Position numbers and translations under genes: made by a program. Below are positions 13,342 to 25,315 of a DNA stretch of 64,000 nt, piece after piece. Under the pieces are notes generated by a model. The model did not search any database. It was given only the letters and a program-made list of their open reading frames with translations, and was not told the DNA's origin. The stretch's first letter is position 1. Each line of letters starts with the position of its first letter. The DNA lies in NCBI RefSeq assembly GCF_031769215.1, contig NW_026781970.1, positions 2,542,001 through 2,606,000 of the forward strand, in the 5' to 3' direction. The stretch comes from Ylistrum balloti. Its lineage: Eukaryota.

Positions 13342-15118
13342 AACAATAAGATATGCTACGCCAAGCATTTCTCCTATAAACTGTATATGTTAAACGTGAT
13401 TACAATATAATTATCCAATACACAACCCTATAATACAGTTTAAATTATGGGACCAATGTAGAAATGGTATTCTCCAAGTCTTTCTCTTCGTTGAAAAATC
13501 AACAACTTTTAAAAATTCGTATGTCAAAGATACTCAAATCCTTATACTCAGATTTTGCTTAATTCAGTATACAAACCAACGTCTATTCTATTGTTCTTAT
13601 TCAGGAAAATGTGTAAAATTGTACTCGGTCCTCATTCCATGAAACCATAAAGATGTACAGTTTCCTAGTTATGAATTTCAATGTGATAACACTTTAAACG
13701 GCCTTCGTACACGCACTTGTCTCTATTTACAATGATATAACTCCTACTGCTAGTGGAGAGGCGTGAAAAACAGAAACAACACACCAATCACCTAGTACAG
13801 ACACCACAGAGGAATGTAGTATTGTTGATAGCTCCTTAGAGAATGCATACGACTGCAATCACAAATAAACCTTGGTTTTATTGCCAATTGAAATCTTGAT
13901 TATCTAAACAATTAGATTATGATTCCCTCCATGCCATTTTCCTTTCGTAAATAAATAGACCAACTATTGTCCAGGGACACTATAAAGTAATTATACAATA
14001 TCTTGTACTCCCTCTTTCCCTCTACTCATGGTTTGGCTTTCCCTCCGGATGTGTCCCTTCCTAACAATATCTTCCTTGTCACATCTCTCCTATCGTGTTT
14101 GTACGCCATTACGACTGCTGTTTTGATATTCTTATAAATACATGCATCTCTTCTCGTTGTTCGGTCGTGGCGATGCTTCTTTGTGGAATTTTATCATTAT
14201 AAAGTACATTAACTTTCTATGGTGACATCTGTGTAGCTTACCAGAATATAACAGAAGATGACGAATTCAAATTGACACACAGTGTTTTTCCCAAGCATGA
14301 CGTCATCAGATAACGACAAGAAGAATTCCATTCTCTCCGCAAGGAATGTCGTTTCTGTTTCTTTAACATGTAACCACAAGACAACTTGATTTTTGCGGTT
14401 TTTTTAAACTAATTTAAGTAAGACAGAATATAAATATATTTGCACTCATCATAAACAATGGTTATCGCCGTTACCGCTATTTAATTTTTGGGGCAGCCGA
14501 TATCTAAATGTTTCCGGAGCAGTATGCAACACAATCAACGGAAATGTTAACCAGGGAAATGTGTAAGTCTTCAATTACTGCTCCTGCCATCCCATAACCG
14601 TTGATGAAGCTGACGGTAGTAATTTCCCAATAAGCTGTAAAGAAGCATGGATCAATTGGTATTTTAGACGATAAAAAGTGATCTAGTTATATTACCAATT
14701 TCAATTTTCTCCGGGTTTCTTAAAGAGAACGTTATTGACTCCCTCGGTAACATACTAAATTTACACCACTAACCGGCTATCAACTTATTTAGATTTACAT
14801 CCCGCCTCGGCTATATAAAAGTCTGTCTCATTGACAAACGTGTAGGTCATCAGCGAACTTCAACCAACAACAACACACGGCCAAAGGTTTGGAACGATAT
14901 TTCTCGAGGTCATTCCAGTTCTAAGGTTTGTCTGTAAATATAGATAATCTGGCGACATTGAACGGTTCTGGTGCGACTAAGAAAATCCCTGTTGGAATAC
15001 CTAAATAAATTCCCTCACGAAATGAATAAACATACTTGTGACACAGATGAAGCATGCTTGGGGCTGATTATCGGCATAATGCAGACAGTGCCTTTTACAA
15101 TGGTCCCCAATCCTATTA

Positions 15119-15502
15119 TATCTCTAATATCCAATTCGGCAAGACAAAAACCCCAGTCAGATGTTTGAAAATAATCACATGTTCCCAGACGAGCGTAAAT
15201 CGATATTCTGTAGTCAGAGCTACAGATAATTTGCAATTCCACGTTATTAGATCATTCGTCATGGTTCGAATAAAAAAAAGCCGGTTCTCGTGTTTGCAGT
15301 ATTGATAAATAAATCTCGTTTGTACGGCACCAAATAAGGTGTCATAGACTCGTGTGAGCAGCCATTCCTTCCGTTCCGTTGGTAGCTCTGGGCACGGAAT
15401 GGTTTCGCGACCAATTCTTATTACTGAACCTACTCCCTCAGCGCATATTGTTTTATATACTACTGTTTTTTGTGGACGTGAGATGTTCTCTCGTGAGAGG
15501 AA
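15119..15502 (-). pseudogene. Stop-free 128-codon frame without a start codon, unknown product (probable decayed gene fragment)
   Basis: FLSRENISRPQKTVVYKTICAEGVGSVIRIGRETIPCPELPTERKEWLLTRVYDTLFGAVQTRFIYQYCKHENRLFFIRTMTNDLITWNCKLSVALTTEYRFTLVWEHVIIFKHLTGVFVLPNWILEI. Absent from the ORF track. The same frame continues with few stops to ~14845. Confidence 0.3.
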
Positions 15503-17937
15503 TCATAAGCTGTTTATTTCGCCTTAAAAGCTTGTTCCCGGAACAGGAGACGCTTGCAATGTTTTGATATCACCAGGAATATATATATTTGTGTATTACT
15601 GAATTTAGAACGTGTGTTGTTTTATTACATACATAGTGACATGTTCCCAATGCTTATGTCTTCGTTAAATATCTACCTAATAACATGACAAAGGAAGACT
15701 GGAGGATCGGGTTAAGACATTTAATTGGTTTCAGACAAAGCTGACCAATATGACCGGATGATACAGTTAGATTTATTTTTGCCTTCACCAAAAAGATCAC
15801 AGATATGAGCATATACACAGGAATCTCCATGGTGGTTAGGTTGTTTCATCAGCGAGATTACACATACCGTGCCACCAGTTTCGCAAAGACCTATCCCAAT
15901 GGCATTAGAAAGATGTATATTGACAGAAGATCCCTGCGATTTTCGAAGATGGCTAACCAATGTTATGGTACCGAAGTTTGGCTTTGAAAATGTCATCATC
16001 ACATGGATCTTCTTAATCCTAGAGACACGTCACGAAGACACGCCACCAATATCGAAATGTATAAACCGCCAGCAACTACAACACGTAATCGGCCGCTGAC
16101 GTCATCTATACCAGATATCAAACATCGGCCACAACGTGTCCTGAAGCTCTGAATGACGTTACCATATTCATCACACTACCAACAGAAGCCCCAATAGACC
16201 AAGTCTTAACCAATATCCAGGGCATTAAACAATTCTCTTGCACCACTTTACCGTCCTAAAATCTTCCAAACACAACAGCCTCAGCGCCCTGACGTCACAA
16301 AATCAGCGACTCAATAGTTATGATGACACGGAGCTATCCCAACTAAACATCACTGAGTACCTCCATTATCGATGTCACTTACGATGTCGACCAGGAACGT
16401 ATACTACCGGGGACGTATAATATATTACATGTCTCTACTCCGGAAGTACCCAAAAAAGTAATTCATACGCCATCAACACCCATGAAACCCTTTCCCACAT
16501 CCAGCTAATTACGTGACAAAGTCCTTGTCACATTACGATATTAATCCGTTACGTTTCCAACCTGACACGGTACCAGGATCACAAACATTCCTTCGGAAAC
16601 GCTCCATACGTGTTTGGAATAACTTTGAGGAACAGCTCGCAAGGGATAAGGCGAATTACCGGATGACTGTTTGACTCCTGAATGTCCATCTCTCAACTTG
16701 AGTCTTAACGAGGACAGCGCTGTCGATAAGAAGTGTACCACGTGACCATGTAACGACAGTAGGACAGACAATAAGGTTCAATCAACACAGAATATATGTA
16801 TTTATTCTTTTTTCATTTAATATTCTTCACCAATATCACATGTTAAAAAAATTCCCCAAGACGTATCTACAACAACACACCAAATCAGCGAGACAAAATG
16901 GATACGATTGGAGCCCAATGTTCCAAAGCATCCGACATCAACTGCAACGAATACCAAGCATTTCATGACATCATTCGACATATTTTATATAAGGTGTTCA
17001 CCTACATTCACAGCGAACATCTTCCAGCATCGCTTGCTCCATCTATTACAAAACAGTGATGAATATTCGATATTACTTAAGTTCTATGTTTAACTGAAAC
17101 GAAGACGATGCACCCACCGGCAATTGCTCACACAACACGCTGGTCCATAGCCATTGACCGTTAAACCACATAATTGTTATTTTATTCGCCCTTGGCCAGC
17201 CTTTCAGAAATCCTGCCGTCAACCCAAGTGTCATTGTAAGGCCTACCACGACACCCAAATCGTACTGAAGAAGCCTCGGCCGATGTAGCATCGAGAGGTT
17301 TGTAAATCATTGACAACGTATTATTGTGATTCTGAACAAACGTCCGACAAACATCGATTTCGGCTTGACATTTTCGCGCCACTCAGCCTGTCTGCTTGAC
17401 GGCGGAAGTGCAATAGACATTGCGGTATTCACTATGAACACAGTCCTTTCTTCCATTCGTCCTTTATCCATTTTGTAACGAGTTTTATTGGTGCTGACAA
17501 TCACCGGTACATTTATGTACATACCAACCATGACTACAAAATTTAAAAAAGAAATCTTTTTTTTCTAACGACCGGATTTCCCACATTTGGCAGCGTATAC
17601 CAGTTTTATATTCTTATCAGTAATGAAATGATAAAATTGATAAATGTATGATGTGTTGGAAACATGTGTTGTCTCTATTAAATTTGGCTTCTTTGTATTT
17701 TTAAATAAGAAGACTGGAAAACACGACACGTTGTAAAAAAATACGTTTTCATTTCTTCTTCAGATGTTTTACATCTATATGTAAATGTATTAAAAGTTTT
17801 TGAGAATGAAGTCAAACACGGACACGGTATGAACAAGTATCGATGATAATGAATATTTTATAACAGTATGTAAGTATTAAGATTCAGGTTTATTAAAAGA
17901 GTATGTAATTATCTTCGTGTTGGTATTCGCATTATAT

Positions 17938-18582
17938 ATGAACGACGATTAAGCATTATCAAAACTCAACGGTCAGTCGACAGAGCAGGAAAACGGGACC
18001 GACGGCAGCAAACCTACACTTGTCTCCATCACTAACACCAGTGAGACACTTTCGCCTGCAGTGCTATTGGTGTCCCTTGCTAAACAAATCCTTGCTCATC
18101 AGACGGTCGATTTCTTTTTGTTGATTAATAGATGTCGCTGGCTGTCCCGATTGTGAACTCGTTCACACTTGGTAAAGTACCTCAATAGCTCTTGCCTGTT
18201 ATGGAATTGATTGCCCAGCCTCTTCACATTTCCAAGCGTCATGAAAGCCTGCAAGCGTCTGCGAGAGATCGTCCTTTTCCGGCAATTAACGCCTCGAGTG
18301 CACTTGCCGATACAAAGTCAACAATACAAACCTCTCAACCTCTCCGGCTTTGGAGGTAAAAATGGTCACGAGAGCCTTCAATAACCCACCATCAACAGCT
18401 AATTCAATATGGCGTCACATCCTTCACGGCAAAATGCTCTTAAGATTTTCAGAAATACATATTACGTCTCCAAATCGATGTTTCAATTCAAACGGACCGT
18501 TAAGTTTTCTCTCCCATATGATGTCGTGATCGATCGTAAGACAACACAAACCGAAAACGCCTCGTTGATGTATACTATCTGA
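17938..18582 (+). pseudogene. Decayed reading frame, unknown product
   Basis: ATG 17938 and ATG 18409 are in frame; about 214 codons with 5 internal stops (MNDD*ALSKLNGQSTEQENG...LAKQILAHQTVDFFLLINRCRWLSRL*...MASHPSRQNALKIFRNTYYVSKSMFQF...). No family recognised. Confidence 0.25.
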
Positions 18583-19231
18583 GTGTGCCAGTATTATCGT
18601 AATTGATTCGCGTTGACATGTTGATTACATACGAGTGTAAAATGCAGAAAGTGGGACTAGAATGATGCATTCGATTTCCTCTGCATCACAAACCGTATCG
18701 ATCCAATTAAAACCCTATCATACACTTCACTGCACTACATCAAACCCTTTCACGGGCAGTGATCTATTCGTACAAGGTCCCCGAAGGGGTCATGCCCTCC
18801 TTGAGCTTTGCTCTAACAACAATGATTTTTCCAAGAGCCCTACACTGAATGGCATATGAAAAGGAGGGTCAGCCATGAATTTGTACAACGCTTTTAATTA
18901 GAAAGTCTCATGCTTATTTTAATACCCAATTTTCTGTATTTCCTGGAGAGAGAATACACGTATCAAAACGACGACAAATGTGGAGAAAATGTGACAAAAA
19001 ATATCTTCACCATTTCCTCAGCATTTCTCATCAGGGTTGGGAATTTTTGTCTGCTTAATGGCTGCGGTGTAATTAGTTTCCAAGCAAGGAGTTAACATTT
19101 ACTGAACGTTTAATTAATTAAACTCTCAAAATATAATCCTAACTTCGAGGAAAGACTACAAAGAGTCTCAATTATAACAAGGAAATAGAGGTCGGGTAAG
19201 GAATAAGGTCAGGAGGCGTGGATTATGAGGA

Positions 19232-19386
19232 NNNNNNNNNNNNNNNNNNNNNNNNNNNNNNNNNNNNNNNNNNNNNNNNNNNNNNNNNNNNNNNNNNNNN
19301 NNNNNNNNNNNNNNNNNNNNNNNNNNNNNNNNNNNNNNNNNNNNNNNNNNNNNNNNNNNNNNNNNNNNNNNNNNNNNNNNNNNNNN
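19232..19386. other. Assembly gap (155 N)
   Basis: Run of N. The four ORF-track entries spanning it are artefacts. Confidence 1.
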
Positions 19387-19530
19387 AAAATCTGTATTTA
19401 TGCCAATCATGTATTTTTGTATTTTTTGCCAAGAGCTGAGAAACCTTGAAAATGTTAGACACGGACGACCTGATCCTTAGTTGTGATGTTGTGGACGGAC
19501 AAATGTCTGTAAATAGTAACCATGATACCA

Positions 19531-19716
19531 TAAAATACGAAACTATCCAAAGCATCACCACTAAAATACGAAACTATCCAAAGCATCACCACTAAAATAC
19601 GAAACTATCCAAAGCATCACCACTAAAATACGAAACTATCCAAAGCATCACCACTAAAATACGAAACTATCCAAAGCATCACCACTAAAATACGAAACTA
19701 TCCAAAGCATCACCAC
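19531..19716. repeat. Perfect tandem repeat, 31-bp unit x6
   Basis: TAAAATACGAAACTATCCAAAGCATCACCAC at 19531, 19562, 19593, 19624, 19655 and 19686, all identical. Confidence 0.98.
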
Positions 19717-22160
19717 ACTCGACCTTTGTCCAAACATTATTAATGAAACCCTGCGAGAATCTTAGAGAGGCGAATGACTCGGAGTTACCGGTTATACGGA
19801 TATCTAATTACATGTAAAGTTGACCATTCCTTTGACCATGAAATCCTTTGACCATGAAATCCTAACACATGATTCATTACAGGTATTCGTTCTTCACCAA
19901 TTTCATTCAAGCAATCAAGCTATCAAGCCAATGGTAATGAGAAAACAGAGGAGGGAGGGACAGGCGGAACTAAATACACACTTACACACACAAACACCCC
20001 ATATGAATAAATATATATTGACTGAATATAAAAAGTGAAACAAAGAATGTTGAATTCATTTTCATCAAATCAGCTAAAGGAGCATATTGATTTCAGCCGG
20101 AGGTAAACGTGTGCGTGCCTCATCGCCGTCACAAGTAGCATGTTTCCTACCCAAGATAATGAGGTTATGATTTTAAAATGTCCGCTTGAAACATCTGAAC
20201 ATGTTTAGTGAATTAGACATCGGACTAAAATGACAAAGACAAATCAATCGACCAGGATTCAATGATCAGCTCGCCATTGTGTGTACTCTACCTGAGTGTC
20301 TAAAGGGATCAAATGAGCCACCACGCCTGTTACCGTAGTGCGCCCGCTACCTTAGTGCGCCAATAATTGCCTCCCAGCACGTGCTTGACGGGCGTTTCGT
20401 ATCTAATGTAATATTCGAACGTCGTTACTCGTCAAGTGACACACGTCCATGATGTTGAGAGCGCATAAATTCACATGTGACCAATAACTGTCGCGCACGT
20501 GCGAGGAAGAATCGGCGTATGTTACACTTGATGTACGGGTACGGGCAGTCATCCGTATCACGTGACATGCTGAAGACCGCGTGACACGCAATTCTTAATG
20601 TACCGGATGTCATATCGCTGACGAACCCGCGGCAAACACATGCCTAACATTACATCGTACAGTGCTTTTATTGGCTTCGATCCCTTTCAACTTATTTTGA
20701 AATAATGAGCAAGATGTCTTTATAGCAAAAAGGACATTGATGTCTAAACATTGATCTGCGAAGGAATCGATTTTATTTCGTTGATAAAATTTTAACATCC
20801 ATTTAACACCAGGGATATCTAACTGATATCAAAACCGCCGTGACAAATATTAGAATTCATCCCAGCCTTTTCGACCCAGAGGTAACTAGTATTGGTCAAG
20901 TTGTGCTTTGTCTATGAAAGGTATGGACAGTACAATGTCCACGCTTACGATATTAATGCGTTATAATTGCAAGGAACTCGAGTTCTGCGTCGCTGTCTTA
21001 AACATTCGTATAATTTTCTCTTCGAATTCTCGGGTGTCCAGTAACGCTTTCGTGTATATTTCTCGAAGCTGCAGACGGCCCGATTGAAAAAAATATACGT
21101 GCTTTGTCTATGAATCTGTGACAGTCGGACGCAAGACATGGCACGTGCTTTGTCTGCTGAACGGTGATAGATGACCTTACCCCACTGCACTCTCCTTGTT
21201 TTGGATTACTTCAGCACGTGCAGTCTACAGCAATGTAACATCTCTCATTAGAAAATCAATAATCAGTCGTTCATTGATTTTTAAATAAAACGTCCTATGA
21301 TTGGTTCATGCATACGAATAGAGACTGCTGATTGATGAAACAGATCACAAGGCAATTACGGATAGCTGGTCATATCCGCCACGTTTAACAAGTCATCAAC
21401 GCCAGCAATAGCGATCACAAAAGGCGTTCATGTATCAAATAAAATCAACACCAATTTAGCCTAAATCTCAACAACAGTCATGTTCGTAGGGAAGATCCAA
21501 GATGTCAATAAGTCGACAACAGAAGGAGTGAATAGGTCGCTAGATCCTTTGTTCCTGCCAATTTGTCTCGGAATAGCCGCTGCGACACTCATCTTGTTTG
21601 CGCACCATCGCGCCTCTTAACGCACCTCGGCCATCTGCACTGCTGTCGATCGTGTATTTCAGCAGACTACATCAAGAGTTTCATAATTTATTCAGAGGTT
21701 TGAGTTCGACCTTTTGGTCTTTTCACATCTAAAGGGATCAGCGATGCATGATATGACATGTTTACAAACATACACTGCAATTCCCTTTAAAGTTTAGTGT
21801 CGAGAACGAGAAATCGTTTGGAGGTACATTCCCCATTGCTCAGGTGATCCACTGAACAGCGTGTACTTCCCACACTCGACTACGACTCAATATATCTCTA
21901 ATTACAAATGATAAGTATATGAACCATTTTCATGCATATAAAATCGAGACTCGAAACAAATATTTCTGATAAATAAATAGATAATATAAATTGACAATAA
22001 AAAATAAATTAAATTTTACGATCAACGTTAAATTTAACTTGAATAAGTTACCATAATTCCAGTCTTCTGGCACTACATGTCGTTTCTATACTAACAATAC
22101 TTATATTACCATATACTATATAACGAAGTTTTCCCGTTAAGCAGCAGGAAGGACGTCCAC

Positions 22161-22990
22161 TGATTCTACAACGAAGTTCCTGTTATTCTGTACCGAAGTC
22201 CCTGTTATACCTAAGTCCTTGGGGTCCCACTCCAAAGTCACTATGATTCTGTGCCGAAGTCTCCGTCATACCTAAGACCTTGGGAGTCCCACTCCAAAGT
22301 CACTATGATTCTGTACCGAAGTCCCTGTGATACCTAAGTCCTTGGGGTCCCACTCCAAAGTCACTATGATTCTGTGCCGAAGTCTCCGTCATACCTAAGA
22401 CCTTGGGAGTCCCACTCCAAAGTCACTATAATTCTGTACCGAAGTCCCTGTGATACCCAAGACCTTGGGAGTCCCACTCCAAAGTCACTATGATTCTGTA
22501 CCGAAGTCCCTGTGATACCCAAGTCCTTAGGATGCCACTCCAAAGTCACTATGATTCTGTGCCGAAGTCTCCGTCATACCTAAGACCTTGGGGTCCCACT
22601 CCAAAGTTACTATGATTCTGTGCCGAAGTCCCTGTTATACCTAAGACCTTGGGTTCCACTCCAAAGTCACTATGATTCTGTACCGAAGTCCCTGTGATAC
22701 CTAAGTCCTTGGGAGTCCAACTCCAAAGTCACTATGATTCTGTACCGAAGTCCTTGTGATACCTAAGTCCTTGGGAGTCCCACTCCAAAGTCACTATGAT
22801 TCTGTACCGAAGTCCCTGTGATACCTAAGACCTTGGGAGTCCCACTCAAAAAAATCACTATGATTCTGTACCGAAGTCCCTGTGATACCTAAGTCCTTGG
22901 GAGTCCCACTCCAAAGTCACTATGATTCTGTACTGAAGTCCCTGTGATACCTAAGTCCTTGGGAGTCCCACTCCAAAGTCACTATGATGC
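22161..22990. repeat. Satellite-like array, 61-62-bp unit, ~13 copies
   Basis: TGATTCTGTACCGAAGTCCCTGTGATACCTAAGTCCTTGGGAGTCCCACTCCAAAGTCACTA, unit starts at 22244, 22306, 22367, 22429 etc. Internal ~20-bp AAGTC sub-periodicity. Confidence 0.97.
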
Positions 22991-23270
22991 TATTCAGACG
23001 TCCGTGTGATAATGAGCCAAAGTCTCGTAACCTTATGTTCTAGAGTCCTTGTAATTCTACACATAAATCCCTATGATCCCATTCTAAAGTCTCTGTGACC
23101 TATAATTCTACACTGAAATCTCCATGATTCAGCACCGAAATCAGTCATATTCTGATATCATTGTACCAAAGTCTAAATATCTCATATTCTAAAGTCCCCT
23201 ATATACTTACGTCTATGTGATACTGTTCCAAAATCCATGCGAATATAGAGTTGCCGTAAATCTATACCGA

Positions 23271-24070
23271 AGTCCTTGTGAGTCTATTCCAAAGTCTAGT
23301 CCTTGTGATTCTATTCCAAAATCCAGTCCTTGTGCTTCTATTCCAAAGTCCAGTCCTTGTGATTCTATTCCAAAATCCAGTCCTTGTGATTCTATTCCAA
23401 AGTCCAGTCCGTGTGATTCTATTCCAAAGTCCAGTCCGTGTGATTCTATTCCAAAATCCAGTCCTTGTGATTCTATTCCAAAGTCCAGTCCTTGTGATTC
23501 TATTCCAAAATCCAGTCCTTGTGATTCTATTCCAAAGTCCAGTCCGTGTGATTCTATTCCAAAGTCCAGTCCTTGTGATTCTTTTCCAAAGTCCATGCAG
23601 TCCTTGTGATTCTATTCCAAAGTCCAGTCCTTGTGATTCTTTTCCAAAATCCAGTCCTTGTGATTCTATTCCAAAGTCCAGTCCTTGTGATTCTTTTCCA
23701 AAATCCAGTCCTTGTGATTCTATTCCATAGTCCAGTCCGTGTGATTCTATTCCAAAGTCTAGTCCTTCTGATTCTATTCCAAAATCCAGTCCGTGTGATT
23801 CTATTCCAGAGTTCAGTCCGTGTGATTCTATTCCAAAGTCCAGTCCTTGTGATTCTATTCCATCGTCCAGTCCGTGTGATTCTATTCCAAAGTCTAGTCC
23901 TTCTGATTCTATTCCAAAATCCAGTCCGTGTGATTCTATTCCAAAGTTAAGTCCATGCGATCCTACTCCAGGCGTCCTTGTGATTCTATTTCAAAGTCTA
24001 GTCCTTGTGGTTCTATTCCAAAGTCCAGTCCTTGTGATTCTATTCCAATATCCAGTCCTTGTGGTTCCAG
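23271..24070. repeat. Minisatellite, 27-bp unit, ~29 copies
   Basis: AGTCCTTGTGATTCTATTCCAAAGTCC. The unit is divisible by 3, which generates the DSIPKSSPC / DFGIESQGL / VILFQSPVL repeat ORFs. Confidence 0.97.
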
Positions 24071-25315
24071 TCCACTGCTTGTAAACCGACGTCTCTGTAA
24101 TTATATAACGAACTCTTGAATATTATAGCAAAGTCCCCATGTTTTATATCGAAACCCTTGCGATTACACAATGTATAGATTTATGGCAGAATTGTCAGTC
24201 AAAGACAGGTGACATACTACTTGTATATGACTTTGTTTTGTTAAAAAGCTCAATATGTACATTTTGTTATTACATCGATTTTTTTCAGGCAGCCATACAT
24301 ATCTAGTAACCTGTCCTAGAAATAATGTTTTATACATACAATGTTCTATCACACCCAGTATTGTCACTAAATGCGGAGGTAAAAACTTGAACGGGGAAAT
24401 CTGTTTGTCCTCCATAGAGACCGGAGGCTGTCGGTCCAACAAAATTCCAAAGAGTAAATGTATACATATATATGTAGGTTTAAGGACGAAAACAGATCAG
24501 CATCCATTGGCGCCTCGAGGGAAGGTAATTTTGTAAAAATAAGAATGTGTAAGTTCCACTTTCTATTAATCGGTAGAAAGATTACAAGACAGCATACCAA
24601 CAAGTAAAACCATTCTGTAACAGAAATACACGGACATAGCATAGTAATCGATCAAAGACATCGTACTTTATGTTGTCTTAATGGAATCTGTCCCTTAGTG
24701 AATACGAAAATTAGGAAACCTTTAAGGAGGCCCTGATAGACATTTTACAACTGTACATACCGAAACCTGTCTTATACCAACACTGCTTAGTTACAATCAA
24801 CAATCTTCAGGCGTCTTAAAGACTCCATAAAATCGCATCATGCAATTTACAATTGGCGTTTTGTGTCGTTAGTAAACCTATTTAAAACCAAGCTGGAGTG
24901 CGGTGATTTTCTGTAAAATGTGTATAGAACTGTTGTAACACCTTCGATGATTTTTTTAAAAAATTTAGACATGGGTTTGACTTGGCGATGTTATTACAGC
25001 CCACCCTAAGAAACTATGGTAGATTTTATCGATACACAGCTGCTTGAAAAAAAAACACCCTTATTCCTAGACATAATAAATTCAACAATTTTGCCACTTG
25101 TCCCTGTTCTCTTTTTGTGGAATACGTCAGAATCGAAAGAAGGGAAACAACTCTAAGATCTCATATTTATAAACAGTTTTAATGTTACAAAACTGCAACA
25201 TTCGTTATTGCTAGTATAATTTACTGAGGCATTGAATACAATCAGAAAGTACTTGTCATGTACTTCAGATTTGTTATAATTGTCTATACGTTAAGTTAGA
25301 GTATGTTTTTAACAG

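Noticed and set aside
14845-15060. YSFREGIYLGIPTGIF as a D5 primase-helicase F-NG motif
   Set aside because: No Walker A or SF3 motifs found in any frame downstream (14850-14380).
19168-19561. ORFs containing X runs
   Set aside because: Artefacts of translating through the N gap.
19531-19716. 31-bp identical repeats as a CRISPR array
   Set aside because: Head-to-tail with no spacers.
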